Of a stretch of 64,000 nucleotides of DNA, positions 28,828 to 39,068 are shown one piece after another (the first letter of the stretch is position 1; each line of letters begins with the position of its first letter). The position numbers and the translations under genes were made by a program. The notes under the pieces were generated by a model, which saw nothing but the letters and a program-made list of their open reading frames with translations, did no database searches and had not been told where the DNA came from. Source of the stretch: Chlorobiota bacterium (GTDB lineage: Bacteria > Bacteroidota > Ignavibacteria > Kapaibacteriales > NICIL-2); the NCBI GenBank assembly GCA_026416585.1, contig JAOAEV010000025.1, positions 29,110-93,109 of the forward strand, read 5' to 3'.

Positions 28828-29619
28828 ATGACAACTGCAACACGCTATAGTTCAGACCTTGCATCGCAACGTCGCCGGATGCTCATTATTCTTGGTAGGC
28901 TCGCCAAGGAATATCCCGGAAAGTTTGAGGGATTGAATTTTACAACACCCTTTCAACTCCTGATTGCGACAATCCTCTCAGCACAATGCACCGACGAACG
29001 TGTCAATAGCATCACCCCTAAGCTTTTTGCCACATATAGAACACCCGAAGATTTCGCCTCGATTCCTCTCGAGAAGCTGGCGCAGGACATTAAGCCGACA
29101 GGCTACTACAACGCAAAAGCACGCAACATTCAGGCATGCTGCCGCATATTGATCGAGAAGTTTGGCGGCACGGTACCCCGAACGCGCGAAGAGCTTATTC
29201 AGTTGCCAGGAGTTGGGCGCAAAACAGCAAACGTCGTCCTCAGTCAAGCCTTCGGGGAGCAGACAATCACCGTTGATACCCACGTTGGGCGACTGGCTAA
29301 CCGTCTGGGTTTTGTTACGACTCCTGATCCGCTTCAAATCGAAACGGCGCTGATGGATATCACTCCACAGCAGCGATGGAATGATATCGGGAATCTGTTC
29401 ATCACACACGGACGGAAAGTGTGCACTGCTCGCAAGCCACACTGCGATCGCTGTATCCTGGCCGACCTTTGCCCATCAGCTCTTGTGATTCCACAGGGGA
29501 AGCCTGCAGGCATGTCCAAAAGGCAAATAGCACGCGCAAGGGTTGATACAAGGTCATCGCGTACCGCTGCTACGTCACAACCAGATCATCAGCCTCGCCG
29601 GATACGCTCGAGAAAGTAG
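28828..29619 (+). CDS. nth: endonuclease III
   Basis: HhH-GPD motif LPGVGRKTANVVL and FeS cluster C..C..C..C (CTARKPHCDRCILADLC). First ATG is 28828. A basic ~40-aa C-terminal tail overlaps the ppk 3' end. Confidence 0.9.
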   Translation: MTTATRYSSDLASQRRRMLIILGRLAKEYPGKFEGLNFTTPFQLLIATILSAQCTDERVNSITPKLFATYRTPEDFASIPLEKLAQDIKPTGYYNAKARNIQACCRILIEKFGGTVPRTREELIQLPGVGRKTANVVLSQAFGEQTITVDTHVGRLANRLGFVTTPDPLQIETALMDITPQQRWNDIGNLFITHGRKVCTARKPHCDRCILADLCPSALVIPQGKPAGMSKRQIARARVDTRSSRTAATSQPDHQPRRIRSRK

Positions 29620-31706
29620 TGCTGTGCAACAAATGGTTTTTCCCCTTCAGCAGGTTGCCGTTTGATACGCTTTCCATCTGGCATCACGACGCGTGCCTTG
29701 ACGTTATCAGACCAATAAATATTGAAGATATCACACAGCTCGTCCTCAATTCGTGTATCAGGTATGGGCAGCAATGTTTCAATGCGGCGATAAAAGTTAC
29801 GGGGCATCCAGTCGGCGCTGCTAATGTAAACTCGACGATCACTCCCGCGTTCGACGATAAAGAGCCGAGAATGCTCCAGGAATCGCCCGACAATGCTCCG
29901 GACCTCGATTGTCTGGCTGATTCCTGGTACACCCGGTCGAAGACAGCATATTCCACGCACAATCAATCGAACACTCACACCAGCTATCGAAGCGCGATAG
30001 AGTGCTCGAATGATGTCGGGGTCAACCAATGCGTTGAGTTTTGCACTCAAACGGCACGGAATACCTTCTTGTTGGGTAGCGATTGTTTCTTCGATTTCTG
30101 TGAGTACGGCTCGACCCAACGTATGCGGTGCGAGCACGAGCATGTCAGTTGCGACATTCTGCGCACCAGCAGTAAGCATGTTGAACAGGTGAGCAACGTC
30201 CCGAACGATCTGTTGTCGTGCTGTAAAATAGCCAAAGTCCGTGTAGATCCGTGCCGTCATTTGATTGTAATTTCCTGTCGCCAGGTGCACGTATGTTCGT
30301 AGCGAACCCGCCTCACGCCGGACAATCATGAGCGCTTTTGCGTGGACCTTCAGTCCCAGCACGCCATAGATAACATGAACGCCTGCCTGTTCGAGCTGAC
30401 GAGCCCAAATAATGTTGTTCTCTTCATCAAATCGTGCTTTGAGTTCAACAACTGCCGTGACGCTTTTACCGTTCATTGCTGCTGTTTTGAGAGCTTCGAT
30501 GACTGGCGAATCGCCACCAGTTCGATAGAGTATGATCTTGACAGCAATTACCGACGGGTCATCTGCTGCCACGCGCAGCAATTTGACGACGGTGTTGGAA
30601 AACGAATCAAACGGATGGTGAACCAATACATCGTGAGTACGAAGCTGCTCGAATATGTGTTCTGGTTCGCCGATAAATTCTGGTGGAATACGTGTTGTAA
30701 AGGGTTGATCTTTCAAATGGCGCATGTCGAGTCGCAAGAGCACCAGAAAATCCGATAGGTTCATCGGCGCTCGTAATTGATAGACGTCGTCCGGACTCAA
30801 TCCGAGCGATTGCATAATCAAGTGACGCAACGAATGCGGCATTGCAGCGTCTACTTCGATCCGCACCGCATCAGCACCCCAATTGCGCACACGCGTCTGT
30901 TCGGCAATTTCACTGAGCAAGTCTTCGGCTTCGTCTTCAGCGATTTCCAACTCGGCATCACGTGTGACTCGGAAGCAATAGCTATCGCGGATATGCCACC
31001 CGCTGTAGAGTCGATCAGCGTGCGCTTGAACGACGTGTTCAAGCAACACAAATGCCGCATCGTTTCGATCCGGAATGCGCAACAAGCGCGGCAAAACTGG
31101 CGGTAGATGTAACACCCCAACAGCACGCTTTGCGCGGTCACTACCGGAACGAAGAATGAAAGCGATGTTGATGCTCCGATTGAGCAGGCGTGGGAAAGGA
31201 TGACCAGGATCAAGTATAAGCGGCGTCAGAACCGGGAAAACATCTGTCGAAAAGTAGCTTTCGAAGTACTGACGCTGCTCGCTGGATAATTCGGCGTACG
31301 GGATGATACAAATCCCCTCTTCGGCAAGCTTTGGCAACACATCGTCAAGTAATGCACGCTCATGCCGTGCATATAAGTCTATCAATCGCTGGCGAATGAG
31401 TCGAAGCTGTTCATGCGGTGGAATGCGATCGGGAGTCGGTTCGATGATCCCAGCTTCGATTTGCTCTTTGAGCGCTGCAACCCGGATCATGAAGAATTCA
31501 TCCAGGTTGGACATCACGATACACAGCAACTTGAGCCGTTCCAACAGCGGATGCGATGGATCGAGTGCTTCCTCAAGAACCTCCTCTTGAAAATCCAGTG
31601 CGCTCAGCTCACGATTGAAATACAACGATGGATCGTGCAAATCAGGCACTGCCGGCGCTTTCCCGTTGGGAGACACTTTCGCTTGTCGTGTTCGTGTACG
31701 TTTCAT
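29589..31706 (-). CDS. ppk1: polyphosphate kinase 1
   Basis: 705 aa. N-terminal FNRELSALDF and two PLD-like domains (HAKALMIVR). Confidence 0.95.
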   Translation of the reverse strand: MKRTRTRQAKVSPNGKAPAVPDLHDPSLYFNRELSALDFQEEVLEEALDPSHPLLERLKLLCIVMSNLDEFFMIRVAALKEQIEAGIIEPTPDRIPPHEQLRLIRQRLIDLYARHERALLDDVLPKLAEEGICIIPYAELSSEQRQYFESYFSTDVFPVLTPLILDPGHPFPRLLNRSINIAFILRSGSDRAKRAVGVLHLPPVLPRLLRIPDRNDAAFVLLEHVVQAHADRLYSGWHIRDSYCFRVTRDAELEIAEDEAEDLLSEIAEQTRVRNWGADAVRIEVDAAMPHSLRHLIMQSLGLSPDDVYQLRAPMNLSDFLVLLRLDMRHLKDQPFTTRIPPEFIGEPEHIFEQLRTHDVLVHHPFDSFSNTVVKLLRVAADDPSVIAVKIILYRTGGDSPVIEALKTAAMNGKSVTAVVELKARFDEENNIIWARQLEQAGVHVIYGVLGLKVHAKALMIVRREAGSLRTYVHLATGNYNQMTARIYTDFGYFTARQQIVRDVAHLFNMLTAGAQNVATDMLVLAPHTLGRAVLTEIEETIATQQEGIPCRLSAKLNALVDPDIIRALYRASIAGVSVRLIVRGICCLRPGVPGISQTIEVRSIVGRFLEHSRLFIVERGSDRRVYISSADWMPRNFYRRIETLLPIPDTRIEDELCDIFNIYWSDNVKARVVMPDGKRIKRQPAEGEKPFVAQHYFLERIRRG

Positions 31707-33328
31707 CGATGTTCAGTCTCTATTGCTACGATACGACGATACTGACGAACGTATTGAGCAATTCCGTGAGCTATTGTAAGCGCTAATTTGTCGCGATACG
31801 CTGCCGAACGAAGCAGTTTTTCCTCGTCAGGGTTACTCAAAAATCCTACCTCGAGCAGCACAGCCGGCATTGATGCACCGACCAACACCAAGAAACCTGC
31901 ACTTTGTACTCCTCGCGATACCGTCCCCAAACGGTGTGTGATCATGCTATCGAGAATAGCTGCGCAGAGATGACTAAGCTCCAAAAATCCCTGCTGGGCA
32001 ACCGATGCCACAATATGTTGTTGAGCCGACAAAGCACTATACTGTATGCTATCCGATTCAAATCGGATAGATGCGTTTTCTCTCGATGCAACCGCTGCAG
32101 CCTGATCAGTTCGCGCAGGACTTAGGACGTACACTTCAATTCCTCGTGCAGGATGCGGTTTTGTCGGTGCAGCATTGCAGTGAAGAGAGATAAACAACTT
32201 CCCGCCGTTTTGGTTTGCAATCTTACCACGGCGATGTAACTCAACAAAACGGTCATCGTGGCGAGTCAAGACAACTCGAACGGATGGCAACATCTTCCGT
32301 ACATACTGTGTGACCCGCTGTGCAAGAGCAAGTGTAATGTGCTTTTCGTACGTTCCTCGAACACCAATCGTACCGATATCAGCACCACCATGTCCAGGAT
32401 CAAGAACGATGCAATCAAATGCCCATCGGGTTGAATGAATTTGCTGTGGAACGATTTCAACCACAAGCACGCGCGCTGATCGGAAAAATGAGCGCACCTG
32501 ACGCTCGGAATTTACCAACTGCATTCGTACGCATTGTGCTGTGCCTATTGTATCGAGCCAATAGCGACGCAAACGGATGCGCCGGAGTGGTTGTAGCAGT
32601 TTCTTGGAGATCCGAACTTGCTCCATGCAGCATTCAACGAGAGCACCGCGATGTATAACCGAGATGCGCTCCGATGGGATTGCCGCATCGAATGTCAGCA
32701 CAATCCGGGTCGTGTCCCCAGCAAATGTCGCTTCGAGGTGTTCAAGCGTGATTGGCGGTTCTTCGAGCGGCATAAGCGCAGCAGACGCCAGCAGCGGCGA
32801 GCTACGACGAATTGATAGTGTTTGTGATGACGACTGTTTCTGGAGTCGCTCAAGTGACGGACGACGCAATCTCGGCGGTATATCGTATCTGGGCGGTGGC
32901 TGTTTCTGTGTCGTTCCAGATGCTTGATACTCGATGATTGTCGCACGTCGGCTTTCTGGTTGCCACCGAAGTACACCAGCGATAGAAAGTAATCGCATAC
33001 ATTCATCAAGTGGAACAAGTGCTCCGCTTTCGCTTGCTATTGAAGGTAATGTACTTTGCAACACCCAGCGGACACCACCGCGTTCGAGCACAACAAAAAA
33101 ACACGGTGCTGACCACTGCATGCGAAACGTCTGTGTGCTCATTTCGTCGGGAAATCGAAAACGACCGATAGCTTTCGCCAGCGCTTGGAATGAGACATAT
33201 TGCTGTGTGCCAACAGGTATAATTGGAACAGTTCGGTCACGCTTCCCATCAATGAGCCTAAGACGCTCTTGTGTATGTGACGTTGCCAGTGCAACAGTTG
33301 TAACAAGGAGAAAAAAGAGAGCCATCAT
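31703..33328 (-). CDS. N-acetylmuramoyl-L-alanine amidase (Amidase_3) with long N-terminal region
   Basis: C-terminal motifs VLDPGHGGADIG...ISLHCNA...GIEVYVLS. Start moved to ATG 33328 (MMALFFLL... signal/TM), which forms an ATGA overlap with the recombinase stop. Confidence 0.88.
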   Translation of the reverse strand: MMALFFLLVTTVALATSHTQERLRLIDGKRDRTVPIIPVGTQQYVSFQALAKAIGRFRFPDEMSTQTFRMQWSAPCFFVVLERGGVRWVLQSTLPSIASESGALVPLDECMRLLSIAGVLRWQPESRRATIIEYQASGTTQKQPPPRYDIPPRLRRPSLERLQKQSSSQTLSIRRSSPLLASAALMPLEEPPITLEHLEATFAGDTTRIVLTFDAAIPSERISVIHRGALVECCMEQVRISKKLLQPLRRIRLRRYWLDTIGTAQCVRMQLVNSERQVRSFFRSARVLVVEIVPQQIHSTRWAFDCIVLDPGHGGADIGTIGVRGTYEKHITLALAQRVTQYVRKMLPSVRVVLTRHDDRFVELHRRGKIANQNGGKLFISLHCNAAPTKPHPARGIEVYVLSPARTDQAAAVASRENASIRFESDSIQYSALSAQQHIVASVAQQGFLELSHLCAAILDSMITHRLGTVSRGVQSAGFLVLVGASMPAVLLEVGFLSNPDEEKLLRSAAYRDKLALTIAHGIAQYVRQYRRIVAIETEHR

Positions 33329-34365
33329 GGTCGGGAGATGACGTTGTCTGCTTCGATAAGCACCAAACGTTGAATATCCGGACGACGCTCGCTTCCCAAA
33401 GTGCCAGCGAGTTTGTAATACCGTTCCGCAGTTGGTCGCCAATATATCCGCCATCGCTCCATCAAATACTCCACCGGTACACCACTTTCTGCAAGAATGA
33501 TGCCACCGGTATGCCGCAGAGAAAAGGGTGTTAGCTGCAATGCATCATTTTCTGTTCGAATCTGTGCGCGTTCGAATAAGCTCCCAATTGCCACATGCAT
33601 GGAACGGATACTCAGACGCTGTCCGAGCGAGCGTCGGCTCATACTCCGAAAAACCGGATCGGTTGATGCAGCACTGGGAAATAGTGCGACGTAACACTGG
33701 AGAGCACGTGCCGCTGTTTCTGGGATTGCTGGACGTTCGGCTTTGGCATGTCGCCCTTTTCCTCGCACGCGCGCATACCACTTTCGACCGACTTGCTCGA
33801 TATCGCCGATATCGAGGTAGTGCAGTTCGATTTCTGATAGCCCCGCACCGAGCATCAAAAGGACAAGCGCACGGTCACGGCATGTTTGTTCATCATCCCC
33901 CTCAAGGAGTGCAAGCAATTTGTCAAGTTGTTCAATAGTCAATGCTCGCCGGTGATAGCGTGACGGCCGTTTGCCGCCAATGACCAATCGTGCTGGATTT
34001 TTTGCGAGGACTCCTTGCTCGACAAGATACTGGCAAAAACGTCGCAGTGCGGTCAGGTACTGCGACATTGCCACTTCCGTCAGCCCGACCCCGCCATGTC
34101 CCCGTCGGCGTCGTTTCCGATGCAGTAGATAGTTTCGATAGCGCTCGACATCGGCGGGCGTAAAACGAAAACGCCGTTCAACAGAGCTAATGTAGTACAT
34201 GAATTCCCGCAAACAGCGCTTATACGTCCCGACCGATTGTTGCGAATACCCTTGCAACGAAACGATGTACCGCGCGATCCATTCAGAGATATCCTGCGCG
34301 GGAAGCCAAACTGGCTCGAAGGTGTCTTCTGCTCCTGGAACAAGAGCTATACGATTAACCGGCAT
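33325..34365 (-). CDS. divergent tyrosine recombinase (XerC/D-like)
   Basis: SAM-like N-terminal domain. RDRALVLLMLGAGL (Arg I), VRGKGRHAKAERP (Lys), FSLRHTG (HxxR with His replaced by Phe) and ERYYK (Tyr). The start is uncertain (34365-34395). Confidence 0.75.
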   Translation of the reverse strand: MPVNRIALVPGAEDTFEPVWLPAQDISEWIARYIVSLQGYSQQSVGTYKRCLREFMYYISSVERRFRFTPADVERYRNYLLHRKRRRRGHGGVGLTEVAMSQYLTALRRFCQYLVEQGVLAKNPARLVIGGKRPSRYHRRALTIEQLDKLLALLEGDDEQTCRDRALVLLMLGAGLSEIELHYLDIGDIEQVGRKWYARVRGKGRHAKAERPAIPETAARALQCYVALFPSAASTDPVFRSMSRRSLGQRLSIRSMHVAIGSLFERAQIRTENDALQLTPFSLRHTGGIILAESGVPVEYLMERWRIYWRPTAERYYKLAGTLGSERRPDIQRLVLIEADNVISRP

Positions 34366-35587
34366 TGGACACTTGGCTCGATTCGACATTCTCACCAGAA
34401 ATAGCGGCCGTCCAGCGATTAAAGTACATCATCAAGACTGCTGTCACAGGAACTGCAACAATCAAGCCGAGCAGACCAAAAAAGTGTCCGAAGACAAACA
34501 ATGCAGCGATGAGCATCACTGGATGCAAACCGACTCGCCTGCCCGTTACCCGTGGATCTATCAGGTACGCGCCGATAAAATGCAGCAGATTGATGATGGC
34601 TGCAACAAGAAGAATATCAAGTAGCGGTTGCGATGATTGTGCCATGATGATGGTCACAACCGCGATCAGTAAACTCGCCAGAAGACCGACGTACGGAATT
34701 GGGTTGAGCAACCCACACAGAACGCCGAGAAAAACACCATATGGAATTCCAGCGATCACAAATGCAAGCACTGCCATTGTCCCAACAAACGTCGCAGTGA
34801 TAAGCTGACCACTGATATATGCTCGGATAATACCGTTGATCAGGATCAAATCGCCAAGCATGCGTGGTGAACGCTGCTCTAACACGCGCCGCACAAGCAT
34901 TGCTAATCGCGGCATGTCCGTCACAAGATAAAACGTCAGCAGGGGCACCAGTATAATGTTGACAAGCTGGGCAACGACGCCTGCAGCACCCTCGAGAAAT
35001 GACACAACAAGCGAAAACACGTACTGGGAAATACCTTCCAATCGTGGTATAAGGTAGTCCTGAACAAGCGAACGCACTTGCCCACTGGGTATCCCCAATG
35101 CACGTAGCCACTGGTAGAACTGCCGACTTTCCAAAAAACTTTGAGCAGCCGCAACGAAGGACGAAACACTCTTGACCAGCTCCTGCAATTGAGACCACAC
35201 CACAGGAGCGAGAAAAACTGCTAAGAGCGTAATGATACCAACCAGAACGATGTTGATAAGCAGTGCCGACAACCAGCGCGGTACTCTCCACCGCTCCATG
35301 CGCGTTACGAGCGGATCGAGTATGTATGCCAAAAAGAAACTCAACGCAAAGGGCAGAAGAAGCGTCCCTAAATCAGTGAGAATCCACAAAGCAAAGATCA
35401 GCGTTGCCCAGTTAGACATAATGCGTGCAAGCGCAGAAACGCGCCGCATGGGAACAAGAAACACCATTGCACTTGCGTAGAGAATCAGTGGCGCAAGTGG
35501 AACGATAAGTAATCCAGTCGCTGTGAGAAATCCCGCAAGTAAAAGCGCGGCGGCAGTCAGTCCCCCCACACGGAATATAGTATCCAC
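34355..35587 (-). CDS. AI-2E family transporter (PerM-like)
   Basis: 410 aa with about 8 TM segments. The pattern is typical of UPF0118/AI-2E proteins. Confidence 0.8.
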   Translation of the reverse strand: MDTIFRVGGLTAAALLLAGFLTATGLLIVPLAPLILYASAMVFLVPMRRVSALARIMSNWATLIFALWILTDLGTLLLPFALSFFLAYILDPLVTRMERWRVPRWLSALLINIVLVGIITLLAVFLAPVVWSQLQELVKSVSSFVAAAQSFLESRQFYQWLRALGIPSGQVRSLVQDYLIPRLEGISQYVFSLVVSFLEGAAGVVAQLVNIILVPLLTFYLVTDMPRLAMLVRRVLEQRSPRMLGDLILINGIIRAYISGQLITATFVGTMAVLAFVIAGIPYGVFLGVLCGLLNPIPYVGLLASLLIAVVTIIMAQSSQPLLDILLVAAIINLLHFIGAYLIDPRVTGRRVGLHPVMLIAALFVFGHFFGLLGLIVAVPVTAVLMMYFNRWTAAISGENVESSQVSNAG

Positions 35588-35614
35588 CTCAACATCACCC
35601 TCGATGTGCCACGC

Positions 35615-36058
35615 TTAGGCATCGGTAGGCATGCTATCCCTCTGGCAAAAGCGATCATATGCTTCAATAAGCATACGTGCAATTGATTCCGGGTACTGCC
35701 CTTCTATCTGATGCCGATGAATCATTGCGGCAAGCTTGCCATCAACAAAAAGTGCCATTGAGGGGGATGACGGTGGCTGCCCTGCAAGATAGTGCTCCCG
35801 GACGTACTGGGTTGCTTCAACATCCATCCCTGCAAAGACTGTCACGCAATGATCAGGTCTGACCGAGTGACGAAGCGATAGCGCAACAGCCGGACGCGCA
35901 CTCCCCGCGGCACATCCACACACAGAATTAATAACCAGCAGCGTTGCACCACTTCGTGACAATGCGCGATCGACATCTTCGACACTGTGCAACTCTTCGA
36001 ACCCTAACCGCACAAGCTCTTCGCGCATCGGGGCAACAAACAAAGGGTCGTACCGCAT
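35615..36058 (-). CDS. bacilliredoxin BrxA/BrxB family (DUF1094)
   Basis: LLVINSVCGCAAGSARP redox motif. ATG 36058 (MRYDPLF...) has a -7 box 33 nt upstream. Confidence 0.85.
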   Translation of the reverse strand: MRYDPLFVAPMREELVRLGFEELHSVEDVDRALSRSGATLLVINSVCGCAAGSARPAVALSLRHSVRPDHCVTVFAGMDVEATQYVREHYLAGQPPSSPSMALFVDGKLAAMIHRHQIEGQYPESIARMLIEAYDRFCQRDSMPTDA

Positions 36059-36090
36059 GGCGTTTCTCAATGGTGGTAGGATTGCACCTA

Positions 36091-36098
36091 CAAAACTA
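36091..36098 (-). promoter_or_regulatory. -7 box (TAGTTTTG) for the bacilliredoxin operon
   Basis: Plus strand reads caaaacta, 33 nt upstream of ATG 36058. Confidence 0.4.
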
Positions 36099-36147
36099 CG
36101 ACACTCCCGCATCTTTGCGGCGCCGAACAGATGCATTCAGAAGAATC

Positions 36148-36999
36148 ATGCTCATCACAACCATTGACCAAATGCACCGGTGGAGTGCTCAGCAGCGCCG
36201 TGACGGCAAACAGATCGGTGTAGTCCCAACAATGGGCTATCTCCACAATGGACATTGCTCCCTAATCAAATGCGCATCGAACGAGTGCGACGTTGTCGTC
36301 ACAACGATTTTTGTCAATCCACTGCAGTTCGGTGTCGGTGAAGATTTCGAACGCTACCCACGCGATCTGCAACGCGACTACACCATCGCCAGTGATGCTG
36401 GAACTACCGTCGTCTTTGCTCCGCGAACCGATGAGATGTATCCGAGCAATTACGCAACGTTCGTTGACGTCGGACCAATCGGAGAAAAATTCGAAGGTAC
36501 TTTTCGTCCGGGCCACTTCCGTGGCGTCGTGACTGTGGTTGCAAAGCTTTTCCACATTACTCAACCCCATCTTGCCTATTTCGGCCAAAAGGACTATCAA
36601 CAAACCCTTGTAATTGCACAACTAATTCGTGATTTGAACTTCGATATTTCGATGGTAGTGCTCCCGACTGTGCGCGAGCATGATGGCTTGGCAATGAGTT
36701 CGCGAAATGTGTACCTTTCACCGGAACAGCGACATCACGCAACCGCTCTTTATCGCGCACTACAAGCTGCGACGAATGCTATCAACAGCGGTGAACGTCG
36801 AAGCCATGCACTGGCGGAGCTCATGACCAAGGTAATTGCAGATAATGACCATGTCCGTGTTGATTATGCTGCTGCTGTACAGGCTGGCACACTGGAGGAA
36901 GTCACCGAATTTTCCTCTGGGGAACAAGCTGCACTGCTCGTTGCTGGACGGATTGGACCAATTCGATTGATCGACAACGAGCTTGTGACAATACCTTAG
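36148..36999 (+). CDS. panC: pantoate--beta-alanine ligase
   Basis: VPTMGYLHNGHCSL (HIGH-like), FGQKDYQQ and SSRN motifs. The first ATG is 36148. Confidence 0.93.
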   Translation: MLITTIDQMHRWSAQQRRDGKQIGVVPTMGYLHNGHCSLIKCASNECDVVVTTIFVNPLQFGVGEDFERYPRDLQRDYTIASDAGTTVVFAPRTDEMYPSNYATFVDVGPIGEKFEGTFRPGHFRGVVTVVAKLFHITQPHLAYFGQKDYQQTLVIAQLIRDLNFDISMVVLPTVREHDGLAMSSRNVYLSPEQRHHATALYRALQAATNAINSGERRSHALAELMTKVIADNDHVRVDYAAAVQAGTLEEVTEFSSGEQAALLVAGRIGPIRLIDNELVTIP

Positions 37000-37418
37000 G
37001 ACAGATCGAGAACAAACACATCATTCCCCTCGAGTCGAACAGGAATCTCTGCAAGCGGCTTGCGAGGAGGGCCAGTTATTACACTACCATCAATAGAAAA
37101 CATACCACCATGACAAGGGCAAATGAATCGTTCTTCAGGATTATGCACCAGCCGAACCGTGCAATTGCCGTGGGTACAGCGTAAATCGAGCGCACGGATA
37201 TCTTCGCCTTCGACACGAACAAAGATTTGCCTCCCCCCGACATTTGCCTGAGCACCACCGCTCGATGATGTTTTGAGCTGATCGAGAGTACACACCCTCA
37301 CTTTACGTGATTGCAAACGAACCAGATCGTTTCGCTGGAATAAACGCCCCGCAGCAATGCCAACGAACGCAAGCCATGAACTATGCAACACCCATTGGAG
37401 TAACTGGCGACGTGTCAT
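36996..37418 (-). CDS. Rieske (2Fe-2S) domain protein with N-terminal TM/Tat-like segment
   Basis: CTHGNC ... CPCHGGMF Rieske boxes, then ITGPPRKPL. Confidence 0.85.
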   Translation of the reverse strand: MTRRQLLQWVLHSSWLAFVGIAAGRLFQRNDLVRLQSRKVRVCTLDQLKTSSSGGAQANVGGRQIFVRVEGEDIRALDLRCTHGNCTVRLVHNPEERFICPCHGGMFSIDGSVITGPPRKPLAEIPVRLEGNDVFVLDLS

Positions 37419-37831
37419 TCTGATTGAGGCTCAATACGTTGACAGAGTTCAATCAGAACACCGCCTGTGGTTTTCGGATGAAGAAATGCAATCGCCATGT
37501 TATGCGCTCCTTGCGTCGGGTGCTCATTGAGTAAAACAATACCGGACTCTTTCAATCGCACGAGGTCGGCAGAGATCTCGTTGCTTTCAAACGCCAAGTG
37601 GTGGATACCTTCGCCACGCTGCTGAAGAAACCGTGCTATCGGCGAATCATCGGACATTGGAGCAACCAGCTCAATACGAACGTTACCAATCACGAACGAA
37701 GCAACTTCTACCTTCTGTTCTGGCACAACTTCACGGTGAATTTCATCAGGTTGGAATATTCGGCGATATAGATCCACGCTTTTTTCAATGTCGCTAACAG
37801 CAATACCGATATGTGCAAGTTGTCGAATCAT
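37415..37831 (-). CDS. methylmalonyl-CoA epimerase / VOC family protein
   Basis: 138 aa glyoxalase-fold protein (LAHIGIAV ... GIHHLAFE ... GGVLIELC). ATGA overlaps at both ends. Confidence 0.8.
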   Translation of the reverse strand: MIRQLAHIGIAVSDIEKSVDLYRRIFQPDEIHREVVPEQKVEVASFVIGNVRIELVAPMSDDSPIARFLQQRGEGIHHLAFESNEISADLVRLKESGIVLLNEHPTQGAHNMAIAFLHPKTTGGVLIELCQRIEPQSE

Positions 37832-38592
37832 GCTTGCGTGCTGTGCAAGGGTTCGTTCCTAACGATTTGATCTTCCAACTGACGGAGTTGCTCTGGCGTA
37901 TTAACGCCAAGGAACTGCTGCCACTCATCGCTTCGCCATGCAGAGACTGATTTACCTACCCTTCGCAGCAAAGCAACAGCATCGGTTAGGTAGTATTCAC
38001 CCTGAACATTGTTATCCTCAATACTTTGGAGCGCAACAAAGAGGTGCTCTGCATCGGCTGCATAGATACCAGTATTGATCTCGTCAATAGCACGTTGGTT
38101 GGGCAACAGGTCCGCTTCTTCGACAATCGCTTCCAACATGCCGTCACTTGAACGAATGACACGGCCATATCCCTCGGGGGCTGGAACAGTAGTCGTCAGC
38201 ACACTCAACGCTGTCCTCGATTGGCGATGGTGCGCGAGAAAATCACGAAGTGTTGATGAACGAACAAGCGGAACATCGCCATTGACGATCAGCAAGGTTG
38301 CCGGCATCTCGGTGATAACAGGAGCTGCTTGCATCACGGCATGAGCAGTACCACGCTGTGGTTCCTGGATCACATGTTCGACGACTGGGAACCACTTTCG
38401 CAAATACTCAAGAACTTGCTCGCGACGATACCCAACAACGACAATAATCCGATCAAGTCCAACCAAGCTGAGCGTTTCGAGGACATGCCCGATCAGTGGC
38501 TTACCATTGAGGGGCACTAAGACTTTTGGCACCTCTGCATGATTCATCCGTGTGCCTTTGCCCGCAGCCAAGACGATACCGATTGTACTCAT
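37828..38592 (-). CDS. sugar-phosphate nucleotidyltransferase (GlmU N-terminal domain only)
   Basis: LAAGKGTRM, PKVLVPL and GTAHAV motifs. 254 aa, with no left-handed beta-helix acetyltransferase domain. Confidence 0.8.
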   Translation of the reverse strand: MSTIGIVLAAGKGTRMNHAEVPKVLVPLNGKPLIGHVLETLSLVGLDRIIVVVGYRREQVLEYLRKWFPVVEHVIQEPQRGTAHAVMQAAPVITEMPATLLIVNGDVPLVRSSTLRDFLAHHRQSRTALSVLTTTVPAPEGYGRVIRSSDGMLEAIVEEADLLPNQRAIDEINTGIYAADAEHLFVALQSIEDNNVQGEYYLTDAVALLRRVGKSVSAWRSDEWQQFLGVNTPEQLRQLEDQIVRNEPLHSTQA

Positions 38593-38598
38593 CGAACG

Positions 38599-38985
38599 TC
38601 AGGGTATCCAGCGATGTGGTTCCACGATATGGTCGAGTTCGACAATGTTATTCCGCTCATCAACCAGCACGACAGTAGGGCGGTGTCGCCGTGCTTCCTC
38701 ATCGGTCATCTCAGCATAGGTGAGAATGATCACGCGATCGCCGACATGACCCTTACGCGCAGCCGCACCATTGAGGCAAACGACGCCACTTCCCCGCTCA
38801 CCAGGTATCACATAGGTCTCAAATCGTTCCCCATTGTTGATGTTGAGCACCGATACCTGCTCATACGGCAACATATCAGCAGCCTCCATGAGCTGCTCGT
38901 CAAGCGTGAGACTGCCTTCGTAGTGAAGATTGGCTTCCGTAACAGTTGCTCTATGGATCTTCGATTTGAACATGATCCGTCGCAT
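38599..38985 (-). CDS. panD: aspartate 1-decarboxylase
   Basis: [25 protein letters not shown] includes the G-S self-cleavage site. Confidence 0.95.
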   Translation of the reverse strand: MRRIMFKSKIHRATVTEANLHYEGSLTLDEQLMEAADMLPYEQVSVLNINNGERFETYVIPGERGSGVVCLNGAAARKGHVGDRVIILTYAEMTDEEARRHRPTVVLVDERNNIVELDHIVEPHRWIP

Positions 38986-39068
38986 ACCCGCAACAGCATA
39001 TTGGGAATATTTGTTGCAAAGTTACGAGAGCGTAAACGAGCAGCAATGCCATGTATTTTGTGTTGTTA

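Noticed and set aside
34617-35291. 224-aa minus-strand ORF overlapping the AI-2E transporter gene in another frame.
   Set aside because: The sequence is Cys/Arg-rich with no motifs. The AI-2E frame has clear TM periodicity and family resemblance.
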